Source: Azolla caroliniana (lineage: Eukaryota > Plantae > Polypodiophyta). From it: a DNA stretch of 64,000 bases. The notes under the pieces are model-generated. The model was not told where the DNA came from and did not search any database. It saw only the letters and a list, made by a program, of their open reading frames with translations. Below, piece after piece: positions 27,001 to 40,225 of this stretch. The position numbers and the translations under genes are program-made. The stretch is taken from assembly GCA_043228905.1 (NCBI GenBank), contig JBHGNT010000001.1:36766001-36830000 (forward strand), given 5' to 3'. Numbering within the stretch: the stretch's first letter is position 1; every line of letters starts with the position of its first letter.

Positions 27001-30000
27001 CAGACTACGTGACTAGATCTGGCGCGTGGTTTCATTATCTAGAGAGTCGTTAGGCATTTTTAATTCTTGTAAACTGTAAAATTTTGGTAATTGCGTCTCT
27101 TTGATTTTGTTTCAATGTCCTTCAGATTTTTTTGCTAGTGACAATTTGAGTTTTCATTGGTCTTATGTTGGTGTTCATATTTGGCTTCTTGCACATGTGC
27201 TGAACAATGCTGTTTTTCATCCTTTCTATTAGAGAGGATAAAAGGGATTGCAAACAAATTTCCACGAGAAGGTCAACGCCAGATTAATATGGAAAAGTCA
27301 TCCGAAGCTTGTCTTGCTGCAAAAGCTAGAGTGGAGGGTTTTTGCTCATTTATTAAAGCAGCTATCAAGTTATATCTCATTTTCACTTTTTGATTCGGAG
27401 TGATGATATTTTAAGGATAAATATGGTTTGGGCGTCCATTACCAGTATCCTGTAATGGTAGATGATATGATTTGTTTCAATACAATTATTGTAATATCTA
27501 TACTGCTTGATTGGTATACAATGTACATTTATATATTATTAATTGAAATGATATCAAAGTCTTATGGTATGTCATATAATTGTGTCTTATGCTGATCGTG
27601 CATTTGATTGACTTTACAGATGGTCCATTGATTCTGGTGGTCCAAGTAGAGGTTCACAAGAACTTCATGAGCTAATTGCTGAATATATTATGTCCCAAGC
27701 CCCTGAACCGGTAATGAGAACCTCTATTTTCTTGAAAAATGTCTGATGCTGGAAATTGATAATATCAATAAAACTATCTTCTTTCTAATATCAGTGATTG
27801 TACGCTTCTATTTTTGAGGGCACTTGTTTATTTGCATGTTGAGAATATGTTCTTTTATTCATTCTCGAATTGTTTCTTCTGGGATTTTAGATTTTACTTT
27901 GTAATGAATACACTATTCCTTCCGTGTTTTTTCCTTTGAGGACTTATTGTGGAATAATCGATCAAATGCTGAGATTGATCTTATGAAGGGATATCTATTT
28001 GGCACCTTTTAGTAGAAATAAAGTTATTTTAGCCTTATGCCCCTCATTTATTGTCACGATTTAGACTTACTCATCACTAAGGCTGCCTATGAATTCTCTA
28101 GAAAAGTGATAGAAATCTGACTCTTTCGTTATACCATTCGAGTTGGCTACATTTAAAGCTTCTGGATTTTTTTTGACCTGAAAGTTATGAAGTTTTTTTA
28201 TTGAGGACCAATCTGAAGATTATTCAGTAACAAAAACAAATCCACGAATATACATTAAACAATGCATAATTCATCCTCTTTCAGCATGCCAAATACAACT
28301 AAAACACCAGAAATTAGAAGTGAGACAGACACTCCAGACTTTAAACACATACAACATTGAGAATGAGAGTTCGTTAACCATTATCCAAGAGCTTGGTCTT
28401 GGTAAAGTGATAGGGTAATCTCTGGCTAATATAGAGTTTGTGGGCGGAGTCGTATGAAAATTTTAGGAAGCTCAAAATGTGTAGGTTTAAGGATTGTAAT
28501 CCTGGACCAGCATATGTTAACTATTTTGGATTCATTTTTTCATCATGTCTTCGTTGCACAATAAAATAAAGACCAGCGTCAGAGTTTGGGCTACACAGCC
28601 ATACCAGTCAAGTTGTTAAACTATAAAGCTCAAGCTAAACCCCTCTAATAGGATCAATGTGCTCTCATTCTCTTGTACCTTAATTATATATACATTTCAG
28701 TGTCCATCACGAAATGCATATATGGTTAAGGTACAAGAGGATGAGCTAGATTCATTTATTCCTCATCTCTTCATTTATTCCTCATCTCTTCGTTGCACAA
28801 TAAAATACAGACCAGTGTCAGAGTTTCAGCTACACGATCATACCAATGAAGTTGTGAACCTATAGAGCTCAAGATAAACCCCTCTAATACGATCACTGTG
28901 CTTTCAACTGTGAGGTTTTCCATCATGATATATGTATATACAATAAGGTACAAGAGGATGAGAATGGGTGATAAATTGGCTGACTATGCATGATATAAGA
29001 TTTGACACTTAGTCATTACATATATAATTTATTTACATTATTATTTTATTAGTCACATGGAACATATGTGCTAAAATGAACTTTTTTTGCTGCAGGAATT
29101 GGGCAAGGCATCTCTACACTTTGTTCGAAGCAGTAAACCAGACAAGTTTGCGACTGCTTTGATCAGATATGCAGAGGTATTGCCGAAACGTGATATCCTG
29201 ACTTTTGAATGGAGGTAGATAACTAAAAGGGCACACATATGAAGAAGCTAAATGCATGTCCACATTTGCCCTTTTATGCTTGGTCAATGTAAAGGTTCCT
29301 AATCACATGAAAATTAACAGTAAGCACATAATTATGTAAACTCATCAGCAGCATAGGATGCATGGTTACAAATTACGCTTCCAATTAAACAGGAAATTAT
29401 GAAGCAAATTTAGCAAACTAAGGTTCCAATTATCTTAATGAGGACATGTTTGCTAATAATGAAATATTATAATCAGCAAAATTCATTTCTTAGTTACTGC
29501 CAACTAATTTTTGTACCTCACAAATATATGGTTTAATTCTGTAGCTAATATTATTTTCACGTGATTAGGAGTCTATGCTTGGATTACTTACACAGTTAAG
29601 TCTGAAACAAACAAGGGTTTTCTGTCTGAAAAGGAGATGGCATCTCTCTAGATAGAGATGGTTTTCTATCCCTTCCCAAACATAAACAATTTGCACAGCG
29701 TTGTTGTTCAAAAGATAAAGAGAAAACTCGGGCAATAGTAAAAGCCTTCACCCTGAGTTTTTTGAAGGCCAGGCTTTTAGAAGATGAGCTGTAGTCTATA
29801 GTCTGTAGTCTGTAGTCTGTAGTCTGTAATCTGTAATCTGTAATCTGTAATCCATAATCTAAGATTATTAAATGCAAGCTATGATAAGTGCGGAATACTG
29901 CCTAATAGACCACTATCTAGGAGGTGTTCCTCATGAAGAGCACGAGCTAGGAGGATATGCAATCTCTGCCAAAGGGAAGCTGAGACAGAAGATTACTGCA

Positions 30001-31492
30001 CTTCATTTAATATACAACATATTTCAAATAATAAGATCCATGGGTGCTTTAACCATTTGTTCAGAAATAGTTCAGGCTCCTGTCCTAGCTCATGGATTAC
30101 CATGATGAAAAATGCCTGGCAAAATCCCCACAAATAATGAGGTTTAATAGATATGCATCCTGTAAAATCAATTGTCAAAATTTTGACCCCAAGTGAATAA
30201 AAAATATTCCTTTCAATGTGAATACTTACCAAGTCAACTACAATAGATTGATTTTCAGTTATTTTGTAAGATTTTGTTTAATGGGATTAACAATAATATT
30301 TTGTTCTCTCTCGTTTTATTCTTATATTTTGTTAAATGTCCTTTGTAGTCTGAGCCAGATGCAGCCGATTTGGCTGTAGCACAAGGTGTACTCCTGTAAG
30401 AAATCAGGCTTATGACGTTTTTATTATTCAATTATGATATGTATTTATCACATCATGCAAAATGTTGTCAAATGCGAAGATTTGTCAATACTGCTAAGAA
30501 TCTGTCTGTCTAAACTGAATTGACAAATTAGGTATTTATCTTTGGGGAATCTACGAGATGCTAATCGCTTGGTGAATGAAGTGGAAAAAGGGCTCGATAA
30601 ACACCACCTTGCTACGCCTCTCATGCAGTTTGTAAAGTATCTTCTGCTCACGTAAGTAGGTTCATGGTTGTAGATGGTCAAATATATATGCATATGCATA
30701 CATTCCCCAGAGTCCATTCTGAATGTGAAACTGTGGTGTAGACTCCAGAGAGATGCATTGCCTCTGTTCCGCATGCTTCGAGAGAAATACAAAAGCTACA
30801 TCGCAAGAGATGAGTCATTGAGTGAGGTATTTTCTTAACATTTTGGGTGGAAGAAACATCCATATGTACATCTTAATATGTGGGAATATATGCATATATG
30901 AAATTTGTTCTACATATAAATATATATAATATAGATAGATTGGCATCTCAGTGCACTTTTATTCATAATACCCTGCATCCATAGTATATATATGCATATA
31001 CACATCTATATACATACATGTGCCTATACATACAAGTAGCAACGTTTTGTTAAAAACATGTATATTTACTACATGATTTTGAAAATTCCTTTCTGAAAAT
31101 TGGCAGTACCTAGATGCTATTGCTGAGAGATTTTATGGCGTCCAACATAAAAATGGGCTACAACGAATGCTTGGGGATTTCATGAAGGTATGGTCTCAGT
31201 TTCTTTGCCCTGAAGCTGCACATCCCAACAGTTACTCACAAGCTGAAATTTGTGTACGTGTCTGAAGTGTTCACATAAATATATGGCTTCCATCATGTAG
31301 ATACTAAATTCAACTATCTTCCTACGTTTCACATTTGGATATCCTTGTAATGGTTTTGCATTTTTAAAACCGTTTGTGTTGGTTATCCTCATATTTTCTT
31401 TAAGATGATTTTATTTGGAGTACTTTGATCCTGTCTTACTTTGTGCTTTTTGTTGTGTACAACAGCAAATGTTTGTTGCTGGTCCAAACTAG
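21014..31492 (+). CDS. GET4: Golgi-to-ER traffic protein 4 (GET4/TRC35) homologue, 12 exons
   Basis: Exons 21014-21049, 22629-22708 (GC donor), 22890-22968, 24661-24742, 27233-27368, 27620-27710, 29096-29176, 30349-30395, 30532-30651, 30742-30826, 31107-31187 and 31466-31492 give one continuous frame. Motifs: GNYYEAQQMYKTIYARY, GQVTCGVELG, FIKAAIKWS, ELHELIA, YLSLGNLRDAN, YLDAIAERFYG. Confidence 0.92.
24320..24705 (+). repeat. ~195-bp tandem duplication including a decayed copy of the GET4 exon-4 acceptor and start
   Basis: CATCCATAACT.GATATGGA.TT...TATTCTTCTC...TTGTAGGTGACAT occurs at about 24397-24500 and 24584-24700. Confidence 0.8.
24800..25225 (+). repeat. Intronic tandem duplication (~217-240 bp)
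   Basis: AAAACTTTGTT...CATTAGGTTTGTAA...CATACTTTTGAGA...GCATGTTTTTATAACTTTC...CTAACATGT occurs twice. Confidence 0.8.
26111..26762. mobile_element. Non-autonomous hAT-type DNA transposon (MITE) in GET4 intron 4
   Basis: Perfect 12-bp TIR: CATAGATTGACA (26111-26122) and TGTCAATCTATG (26751-26762). 8-bp TSD GTTACAGC/GTTACAAC. Subterminal ATTCG/CGAAT repeats. No ORF. Confidence 0.85.
28545..28965 (+). repeat. Intronic ~240-bp tandem duplication
   Basis: TCTTCGTTGCACAATAAAATA.AGACCAG...AAACCCCTCTAATA...AAGGTACAAGAGGATGAG occurs twice. Confidence 0.8.
29789..29851. repeat. Heptamer repeat (CTGTAGT)n grading into (CTGTAAT)n
   Basis: About 9 tandem units seen directly. Confidence 0.9.
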
Positions 31493-34270
31493 TAGGGAAA
31501 CTCTAAGAGAAAATCCAGTATCCCACGAAGTTCAACTTATTCACATGGTAACAGGGATCGAAGTACACTGTTTTACAATGTCATCCTTTCCATAACATTA
31601 TCCCTGTTTTCTTTATGATCAGTGTAAAAGTCTTGTGGAATAGATTGTAGACTCATGGGCTGAAGATGTTGCTTTATTGTTAAATTGCTGCATTAGTATT
31701 TTTCATTTCTTGTATACCTTGTTTATGAGGTAATATTGCATTCTTCGGAAGCATTCTATGCAATGGCATTGCTGTCAGAAGCTTTCCGTGCTTTCTTTTC
31801 ATGAAATTTGTTTAGGGTTTTTACAAAAGGTAATCTGATGTCTTTTGTTTCCAATGTGAATTTTCACAAATAGTATTATCAAGCAATTAGTATTATTGGA
31901 TTTGCTCTATTAGATTATTGTTAAATGGGATTGATTGTCTAGTTAAGTGTTCTGATATATAGTGACTTACATCTTCAGTGTAGCGCAAAACAAATTGTTT
32001 CTCACCAAACATTCTTTATTGAATAAAACTCTAATTAATATAGGACATGACCAATGTTCCCAGAAATCTGTTGACCCTGTTTTTGCCTTTTGCTTATATG
32101 GGATGCAGGTACAAATTCTTGTCTATAAGTGTCTATTATAATTGATAAAGAAATTCCCAGCAATAAAAGGAGATATAAGCAAATTGTAACAGCGAGTCCT
32201 GGATTTGACTAACATATAATGTAATTCAACCTACAAATACATATTTGTAGCTTAAAAGAATTGGATTTAACTAACATTTAGTGCAATTCAAACTACAAAT
32301 ACATACAAACCTGAGGTGGAACTACCAGCCCCCACATTGGCTGTTTCCAACGCACCTCCCACCCTCCCTCTGTTGAAGGCCAGAGGATCGGGCACATGCT
32401 GGTTGGTGATGATTGCCACTAGTTTATAGCTCTAGCCTCTAGGTACCGACATACATTAAGTAGGAAGTGGGAGAGGATACGTACGTAGTCTCATATTTTT
32501 GAATTCAGTTGGGGGGTGATTCAACGATTTATATATAAGACACATTGTATAGTCATTTGTAGATCATGCCATTTAAATACATATGAGATAAGGAGTTATT
32601 CACCAATTCCCAACACCACACCATTCACGTATTAGATGTTCCTTTCCATGGACTAAATATTCTACTTCTCATTCTTTTCAAATTTATAGCATTACAACTT
32701 TAATCTTTATTATCAGCCTCTTCTTGATAATTGTTATTAACGTGATATCTTTTAGCTTAACAAAATACTAACTAGGTCAAAATGTGTGTACCCAAGCCAA
32801 GTAAGGCGTTCTTAAATTGGTTCATGTGGAATGCACCAAATAGGGAAAATAAATTTCCTAAGTGCATGTCAAGTAGGCCAAGGGTATCATATTATAGAAC
32901 AAGAGTTCAATGTCAGGCTATTATGTAATCATGTAATTGAAATGTACGGTAAGGATCATGGATGTCATTGATTTACTAGAGCTAAGTTGCTAACCTTAAC
33001 TTTATAGTTAGATCTACGTAATTAAAGGACGCTTGATGGGCAAGATGTTATTACTCCAAGTTACAAAAATATAAGCATAATTTGTGGAAATACTTTTTCA
33101 ATTAATGAGGATAAGGCAATAACTTTAATAGAAAGTGATGTAAGTAAACAAAACCTTTATACATGTACAAGTCTTAGTGGGCCACTGCCAACTAGCAACA
33201 GTCCTAAAATCCATTACCTATTGCCGTATATGTTGTACAAAAACAAAACGCCGTATATATGCAGAGTACCATAAGATGGCATTTATGACTGCTCAAACAG
33301 TAACTTTATTGTACACTATTGAATTGTCAAAGCCTTTTTTGTTATCAAAATATTGAAAGATGATGGGAGAGCCTCTTTTCTTTGCATGGAGTAGACAGGG
33401 ATAAATAATGGTAGATTCAAGGGTACGACATTGGCCACGAAAGTGGTTTTCTTCCAACCAGAAAATGCTTTAGAATTTCATGTTTTCATCAAAGTAAGAA
33501 GCATTCATCTAAAATTTATAGTCATTTATAAAACAAAAGGATGTGGTTTTCTTCAACCTAAAGCCCATCTATCGCACATCTTTATTAGACCATAACATGG
33601 TGAGTTGAAATCACAAGTCTTCCTAGTCTCCACTAGACAAGCTTGTCAATTGAGGTACAATATTTCGGGCAATTGTGCATGGCTCACCCATCATATATCT
33701 ACATTCTACAAGGCAGGCAGATTTACACACAGCTTGCCTTTAAAGTATAACCTTGGAGGACAAGCAATTCTGGTTTAGGCTGAGCTTTAGTGATAATTGC
33801 TAAACATTTTGAATGTTCCATTTCAATACCTCACTCATCTCTCCTTGTTCTACAGTACTGCTAAGAAGTCAGCACTGTTCCATGTGACGATGATACAAGC
33901 AAGACTACTTGCAAAAAAAGGTATTAGCTTGCAACTAACTGCAGAACATGGAGAGTTCTAGATATACCAATTTCTAACATAACCATACCTATGCTTTATA
34001 TTTATGCACCTGTTTTGAGAAATCGAAATACTTTGCGTGAATCATTATTTAACTCCCACGATTTCTTTCGTATGTGGACATATGTAAATGTAGACAAATA
34101 CCAGTTGAGAAAAAAGAGACTCCTCAATGCTCATTTGCTCTAGTAAAGTAAAAAGAGCAAAAGCTTTTTGGCTTGTGATATTAATGTGCAAACACGTGGA
34201 TGTGCACATATGAATCTAAGTTATTACTCGTGTTGCATAATGCCATACATACATAACATGCATAAATATA

Positions 34271-34387
34271 CGCATGTACATCTTTTTAGAATGTTTTAGC
34301 CATTTTGCAGATTGCAATTTGCCACGTATGTACATCTTTTTAGAATGTTTTAGCCATTTTGCAGATTGCAATTTGCCATACGTATGT
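34271..34387. repeat. 54-bp tandem duplication
   Basis: ATGTACATCTTTTTAGAATGTTTTAGCCATTTTGCAGATTGCAATTTGCCA occurs twice. Confidence 0.9.
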
Positions 34388-34932
34388 AATACAATCCAAG
34401 GTGTTGACAATATTACCCACTCAGTCTTTCTTTAAATTGATCATACATGTGGTTGATGATAACATCGTCGCTCTCTGCTTCTGCAATTAAGTAAAACACA
34501 GCTTAATCAACAAGAACCAGTTGATTATGAGATTGAAGAATATGAGGTTAATGGGGAGCTATTATAAATAACTCAGCACAAAAGGGGGCTCGTTTAGATG
34601 ACTGGCAACAATAGAATATATACATCTAACTTAAAACCAAACATATTCTCACATACTCCATCTATCTGAGCTTCAAATCCGTAAGGTAGATTTTGCCAGA
34701 AAGGAAGCAAAATTATTTATTCAAGGGGAAACTCAAAAACTAGAAAACAATAGATTACAAACTTCGAAGTGTATGAACATCAGATCTGATCTTCAGAAGA
34801 ACCCAAGAACAGACTCGTAAGTTGTAACAACGTATCCTCCCATAGTTCCCAGCAATGCACATTAAGTTGTAGTAGTAGTAGAAGAAGAAATATAAACCCT
34901 CAACGAAGGCTAACAAAAACAGAATACTTTGC

Positions 34933-37053
34933 TTAATATGACTCGTTGATGTGATTCAATAAAACACCAATAATATCTGCAAAGGTTACAATCCCAACAA
35001 GCACATCATCTTCATTTGTAACCCATACATAGTTCTCTCGATGGGCAAGAGCTTGCATTATGACAGCGATCAGAGAGCTTCTAGGGCGACAACATATAGG
35101 ACCACTGCGGCATTTAGGTGAATAGTTCATCCTCAGATTACTACTGTGAGACAAATGGCACTTACTTGAAAGCTCGTGTGGTGCTGTGGGGCTCTCTGGC
35201 TCATCATCGCAGTCGTTATCGCTAGAAAATGAGGAATCTTCCCACATATCCAGATCATGAAGTATCTGACTCGCACCTCTGACCTTCAATAGAGGCTCTT
35301 GCAAATTCTGGCAGTAATGTTCCGACCTCCCTGCGGTTAGCTCAAGCTTCTTGCAGAGCCTGATGCACATGGATTCGATGAAATCCATGGATTGATTCCG
35401 AAAGTCTTGTGTATAAGAAACAAATTCTCCCACAGGTAGAGTGGCAAGAGCAAGAGCCGCAGTTTCATCGCACATATGCAATGTTGAGGATGAGATCTCT
35501 CCAATCAACTTGGCGCCATCTTTATTCAAAAAGTTAACAACTGCAACTGCAGTGAATCTATGACAAGCTTCCTTGATGATCCCAAGGGCCTTAGAAGCTT
35601 CTTCATCCACATTCACCATCAAAATATCGGTTGTTATGAGTCCTAGATCCCGGATAGTCATGATCAGCAAGGGTGAGAAGGTTCCTATGTACCCGAGCAA
35701 GAATCGCATAACATCCTCGTGAGTTAGCCAGCAGTGGTCAATCCCCTGATGGCTTTTGGACGTCAGGGGTTTCCCTGCAATAGCCATATGCGTCTGCGTC
35801 TGCGTCATAGAATGCTGCTTGTCAGAGCTATGGATGACATTATCCTTTAATGTGGCACTGATCGGCACAACCAGGTTCTGTGCACCATCAGCAATGGCGT
35901 CTAATGCTTCTAGCAAACTGAAAGAAAAAAGCAAGACGAAACGCAAACCTTTATTGCTGTTTCACCGGATCACTCTATTTGAAAGCAAACAAGATATAAA
36001 GATGGCTTTGAATGTTTCGAAAGCATAGGGTTTTAACAATAGACTTAGGGTGGTAGTACCAGGGATGGAGAAGAAAATAGTTCTTTCATTAGGCAAATGT
36101 TCACGGGAGACCTACGAGGGTTTTCTACACACACAACACACGAGAAAGATGAGGAACGAGAGAACGTAGATCAAGGCGCTAGAGAAACTGTACTGTTTTC
36201 TTTAGTATGTAGAGATGTTTCTCTTAGCGCAAGACAGGACGATGAAACAAAGGAAGGAAGGATGGATGAATGGATGGATGGAGGGACAGAGAAACAGGCG
36301 AAAGATAAAAGCGAAACGTTTAGAAGAGACAGCGAGACATCACAACAAGGAAATGGAAATGGAAATGGAGAAGATTTCGGTTTGATTGTTTCGCCAGGAA
36401 CATTACATGCAAGGGATGCTAACTGGGAACTGTCTATCAGTTTATCGAGAGTCCTCTGGGTTTTAGAAAAGTGCATTTCCAGAAAATAATCGAAGGGGAA
36501 ATCACTCTGAAATAGAATTTATTACTCATCGTGAAGCATTTGATGAGAATATTCTAGGGTAGGGTTTCAGATCAGTAATTAAGGCTTGGAAACAGAAAGT
36601 TGTGTACCTCGCCGTAGGATCCAAATGCTGAACAACACGAGATGGGCGTTCTTCTTCGAGCAAAACGGTAATGGGAGCTTCAAGAGCTACAGCAAGATTT
36701 CGCAAACTCTTCTCGGAAGCCAGGTAGCATACGAGACGAAGCATACATATCTTCCCAATGCAGCGACACGTCTGTGGTCCGTAATGGAGGCTAGAATGGA
36801 GAGGGAAGTGGATCGAGGCCGAGGAAGCAAGGCTATTATTATGAATACTACTGTCAGAGATCTTGGAGATGGTGGCGGAGGTTGAGCTGAGATTGGGCTT
36901 AGGGCAGCTCCAAATACTAATCTCTGAGAGTTGTGGCCGGAGCTTCAGTGAGACGAGGGCGTCGCGAACAGAAGCAGAAGAAGGAAGCCAGAAGAGAGGT
37001 GGCTTTCCCAGTGTGAGGTCGCAAACCTCATGAGAGAGCAGGGCAATGGCCAT
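34933..37053 (-). CDS. CBS-domain-containing protein (CBSX5/CBSX6-like), 2 exons, ~476 aa
   Basis: Exon 37053-36608 (MAIALLSHEVCDLTLGKPPL...CIGKICM) splices in phase by GT-AG to exon 35917-34933 (LLEALDAIADGAQNLVVPI, CWLTHEDVMRFLL, SSLIAVIMQALAHRENYVWV, GIVTFADI). Confidence 0.92.
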
Positions 37054-37880
37054 ACAAAGGAGGGAGGAGGAGGAAAAGGGAAGAACGGAGCAGACGACGA
37101 TGGTGATGACGACGACGACGATGATGATCCAGCTATGGCGGCAGAGGGAGGAAGAGCTTCAGTACGGAGTAAGTACTCTGCAGACACAGGAACTGGAACA
37201 GGATACAAGCACAGAGAGAGAGAGAGAGAGAGAAGAAGAAGAAAGAGTGCGCTTACTTTATTTTGTGAATTAATTTTGTTTTATTTTTTTAAGGATAGAT
37301 AGACATACGGAAGAGTAAGGACGAGAGAGATAGATACATTATATTATTGTCTTCGCAGGCTATAAGACCTAAAAAATTTACATTTCACGTGATACTTCTT
37401 AAAGTGAGTAGCGACTCTCGATGTTCGAGAACTTTACCGATGAGTGTTGCAATTGAGAGTGCACGTTGTGGTTCTGAGAGAATTTCGTGCCAAGGATTGG
37501 GCTTCGTCGAATATGTGTGGAAAGCATAGTTGAAATCGAGACTGTAACTCTTGTTCGTGGGTTCAACAACCACTACCAGGTGGGGTGGTCATGGGTTCAA
37601 CCCCTAGATTACACTTACATTGCACAATCTCATACATTAATTTCAAAGGATATATGTTGAGAATCTATTAGTACTCAAAGGTCAAAAGTCACCACTACTC
37701 TCTACACATTAATTATGTGTCATAGAATCATATATTCTATGACACATAACTAATGAGTTTCCACAATCCCCATGACCCATGAGGTTCAGTAGTTAATGAA
37801 GACAGAGGATGACTATATAAAGCACCATCCTCCTACTTTGTAATGTGTCGGTTCGTCTCCTTTGTAATATACTTCTTCTT

Positions 37881-39120
37881 CTTCTTCTTTTCCAAAATGA
37901 AGTTACTTTCCTATTAGTTAGGAAGGATTATTACAAAGAGACTGTACAAGGAGGCTTATACATAGATCGGGGAATCTCCCTCCGATCAAGTTCAAGAAAA
38001 TGAGACTAGTTACATCACCTTTCAGACTAACTACTTAATGTAAGTACCTATAGCTAAAAACGGACCCCTGTAGTGATGGCTAGTACGAGACAACTCCTGG
38101 GGTCAACAACGAAGGGAGGGTGGTAAGTGAGTCGGAAACAACCAGCGTGGGGGCTGGTAGTTCCACCTCGGGCCACTTCCTCCTTGTGTCACCATAGGCG
38201 TGTTCCACCATTTTTACCAAAAGTGCAAACGGGGGCAGTAACCACGTCATTGGAATGGCTGCAAACCTCGTCCAATTGCCCTCGTAGGCAGCTGATAAGT
38301 GCAAACCATATGTCCATGATCACTTCCTCTGGGGGCCGCACTAGATCCTGAAAGACCTTTAGGCAACGTGCTTTCCATACATACCATAGGGTGAAGCCTG
38401 CGATCAGCATCCAAATGTCTCAGACGCTAGGGGATGCGGACTGCAAGCCTCTCTCAAATTGAATCTTGGCGATTTTGCCTCTCATGCATACATAACACCA
38501 ACTATCCGCATTGAGGGCGTCCGTCCACCTATCAACGGAGTGATCAAGCCATTCCACAACACTCCACGATGTTGTTCCTTCCACTTCACATGCCGCAAGG
38601 AGGCGAGTCACTCTATCCCATACCTTTTGAGCTTGAAGGCAATCCCATAGACAATGTTGTTCCTTCCACTTCACATGTCGCAAGGTTGGCGAGTCACTCT
38701 ATCCCATACCTTTTGAGCTTGAAGGCAATCCCATAGACAATGCCTTAGAGTCTCAATAGGTGAATGGCAAAGTGGGCAGCCTAACGGGCCGCCACGTTTA
38801 CCTAGCCATTCGCCAACAGGAACCACATTATGACCGATTTGCCACCAAAAAAACTTTATCTTTTTCGGCATGTGGAGACGCTAGAGACCCTTCCAAAAGG
38901 TAATGAGCACCTCATCAGGGATGCCCAATGTATGCCAGACATTACGTAAGGGGCCATCTAACTGCAGTTGAAAAGTCAGGCCCAATTTAGTGTTGTACTC
39001 GAAGAAATGGCGAAATCTGCCATCATGCTTCCACCTGAAATCCCCTGGGTCCCATTCTAGTTCGACGAGGGGACGACGACCATATACCCATTTAGTACCC
39101 CATTTAGTACCTCATTTTAG
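37881..39120 (-). mobile_element. 5'-truncated L1-type LINE inserted in the copia 5' LTR
   Basis: zf-RVT PKKIKFFWW...CPLC...ETLRHCLWDC and LWYVWKARC. (GAA)n tail. TSD TATACTTCTTCTT at 37868-37880 and 39121-39133. Internal 85-bp tandem duplication at 38571-38741. Confidence 0.9.
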
Positions 39121-40225
39121 TATACTTCTTCTTTAGTACCTCATTTTCTCTTGTCTATCTTGTGTTTTCTCCCCTCCCCTCTCTTCTTCACACACACACA
39201 CATCTCTTCTGTTCCACAGAATCATATTATCAGATTCTTTACATGGTATTAGAGAGATTTGGTAGCTCGATCTAGCCCATCCTCGTGTGTTGTGTCTACG
39301 CTGATGATTCAAAGAAATCTGGCTCATCACTATCGTAGTGCCGCTACATAGCTTGTATTCAAGAGAGAAGAAGGAAGAAATCTACATCGAACACCATGTC
39401 ATGAATACTCAAATGGGAGTGCTCTCCTTAGCGAGAAGTTGGACCGAAACAACTTTGCATCTTGGGAGTACAAGATGCACCAATACCTTGTCAGTCAAGG
39501 TTATTGGAGTTGCATCAAAGGAGCATAAGAAAATCAACCCGACCCAAAGGACGCCGACTACTCAACGTGGGACCAAACGACGAGTTGAGTAATGTATTTG
39601 TTGGCGACATGTGTTCATGACCACATGCTCTGCTACATTCGAGAAGTCGAGACACCGAAGGAAGCATGGGAGAATCTTAGGAAAATTTTCATGGCCAACA
39701 CAACCACAAGAAAGCTTCAACTCTGCCAAGAGTTGAATAATATCCAACAAATGGATATGTCCATTACAAGCTACACCTTGAAGATCAAGGAGCTTTCTGA
39801 TTCACTTGGTTCAATAAGCATCAATGTGGATGAAGATGAGATGGTGCAAATATGCCTCGCGGCCTAGCATGACGATTCTGCGCAATGACAACCATCGTTG
39901 AGAATCCTCCCTCTTTCTTCGATCTTCAATCAATGCTATTGGTTAAAGAAAATCATGTTCGAACGTTCGAACTAAGAGCAATGCCTCGGAAAGCCACATG
40001 CTCCACACACATTCGGATGGAGGAAGAAGCCGATTCGGCCAAGGACGAGGCGGACGAGCTCCGACCTATGAAAACAACTCCCATTATTGACAAGACGATC
40101 GAAACCCGAGAGGAGCGTTCGGAAGAAGGGAAAGTTTCAATACCGGTTGAAATTCACACAACAATCCAATCGAATTCCGATATTCTGGTATACTCAGCCA
40201 CCACGAAGAAGAGTGCCGAAAGAAG

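Noticed and set aside
29191-29202. ATATCCTG as a possible U12 AT-AC donor in GET4
   Set aside because: The GT donor at 29177 already gives the correct phase with the AG acceptor at 30348, and no matching AC acceptor was found.
36097-36489. 130-aa and 101-aa ORFs
   Set aside because: They lie in the CBS intron, are low-complexity and show no domain motifs.
37030-37302. Plus-strand ORF with poly-Asp, Gly and ER repeats
   Set aside because: It is the antisense reading of the CBS 5' UTR and its microsatellites.
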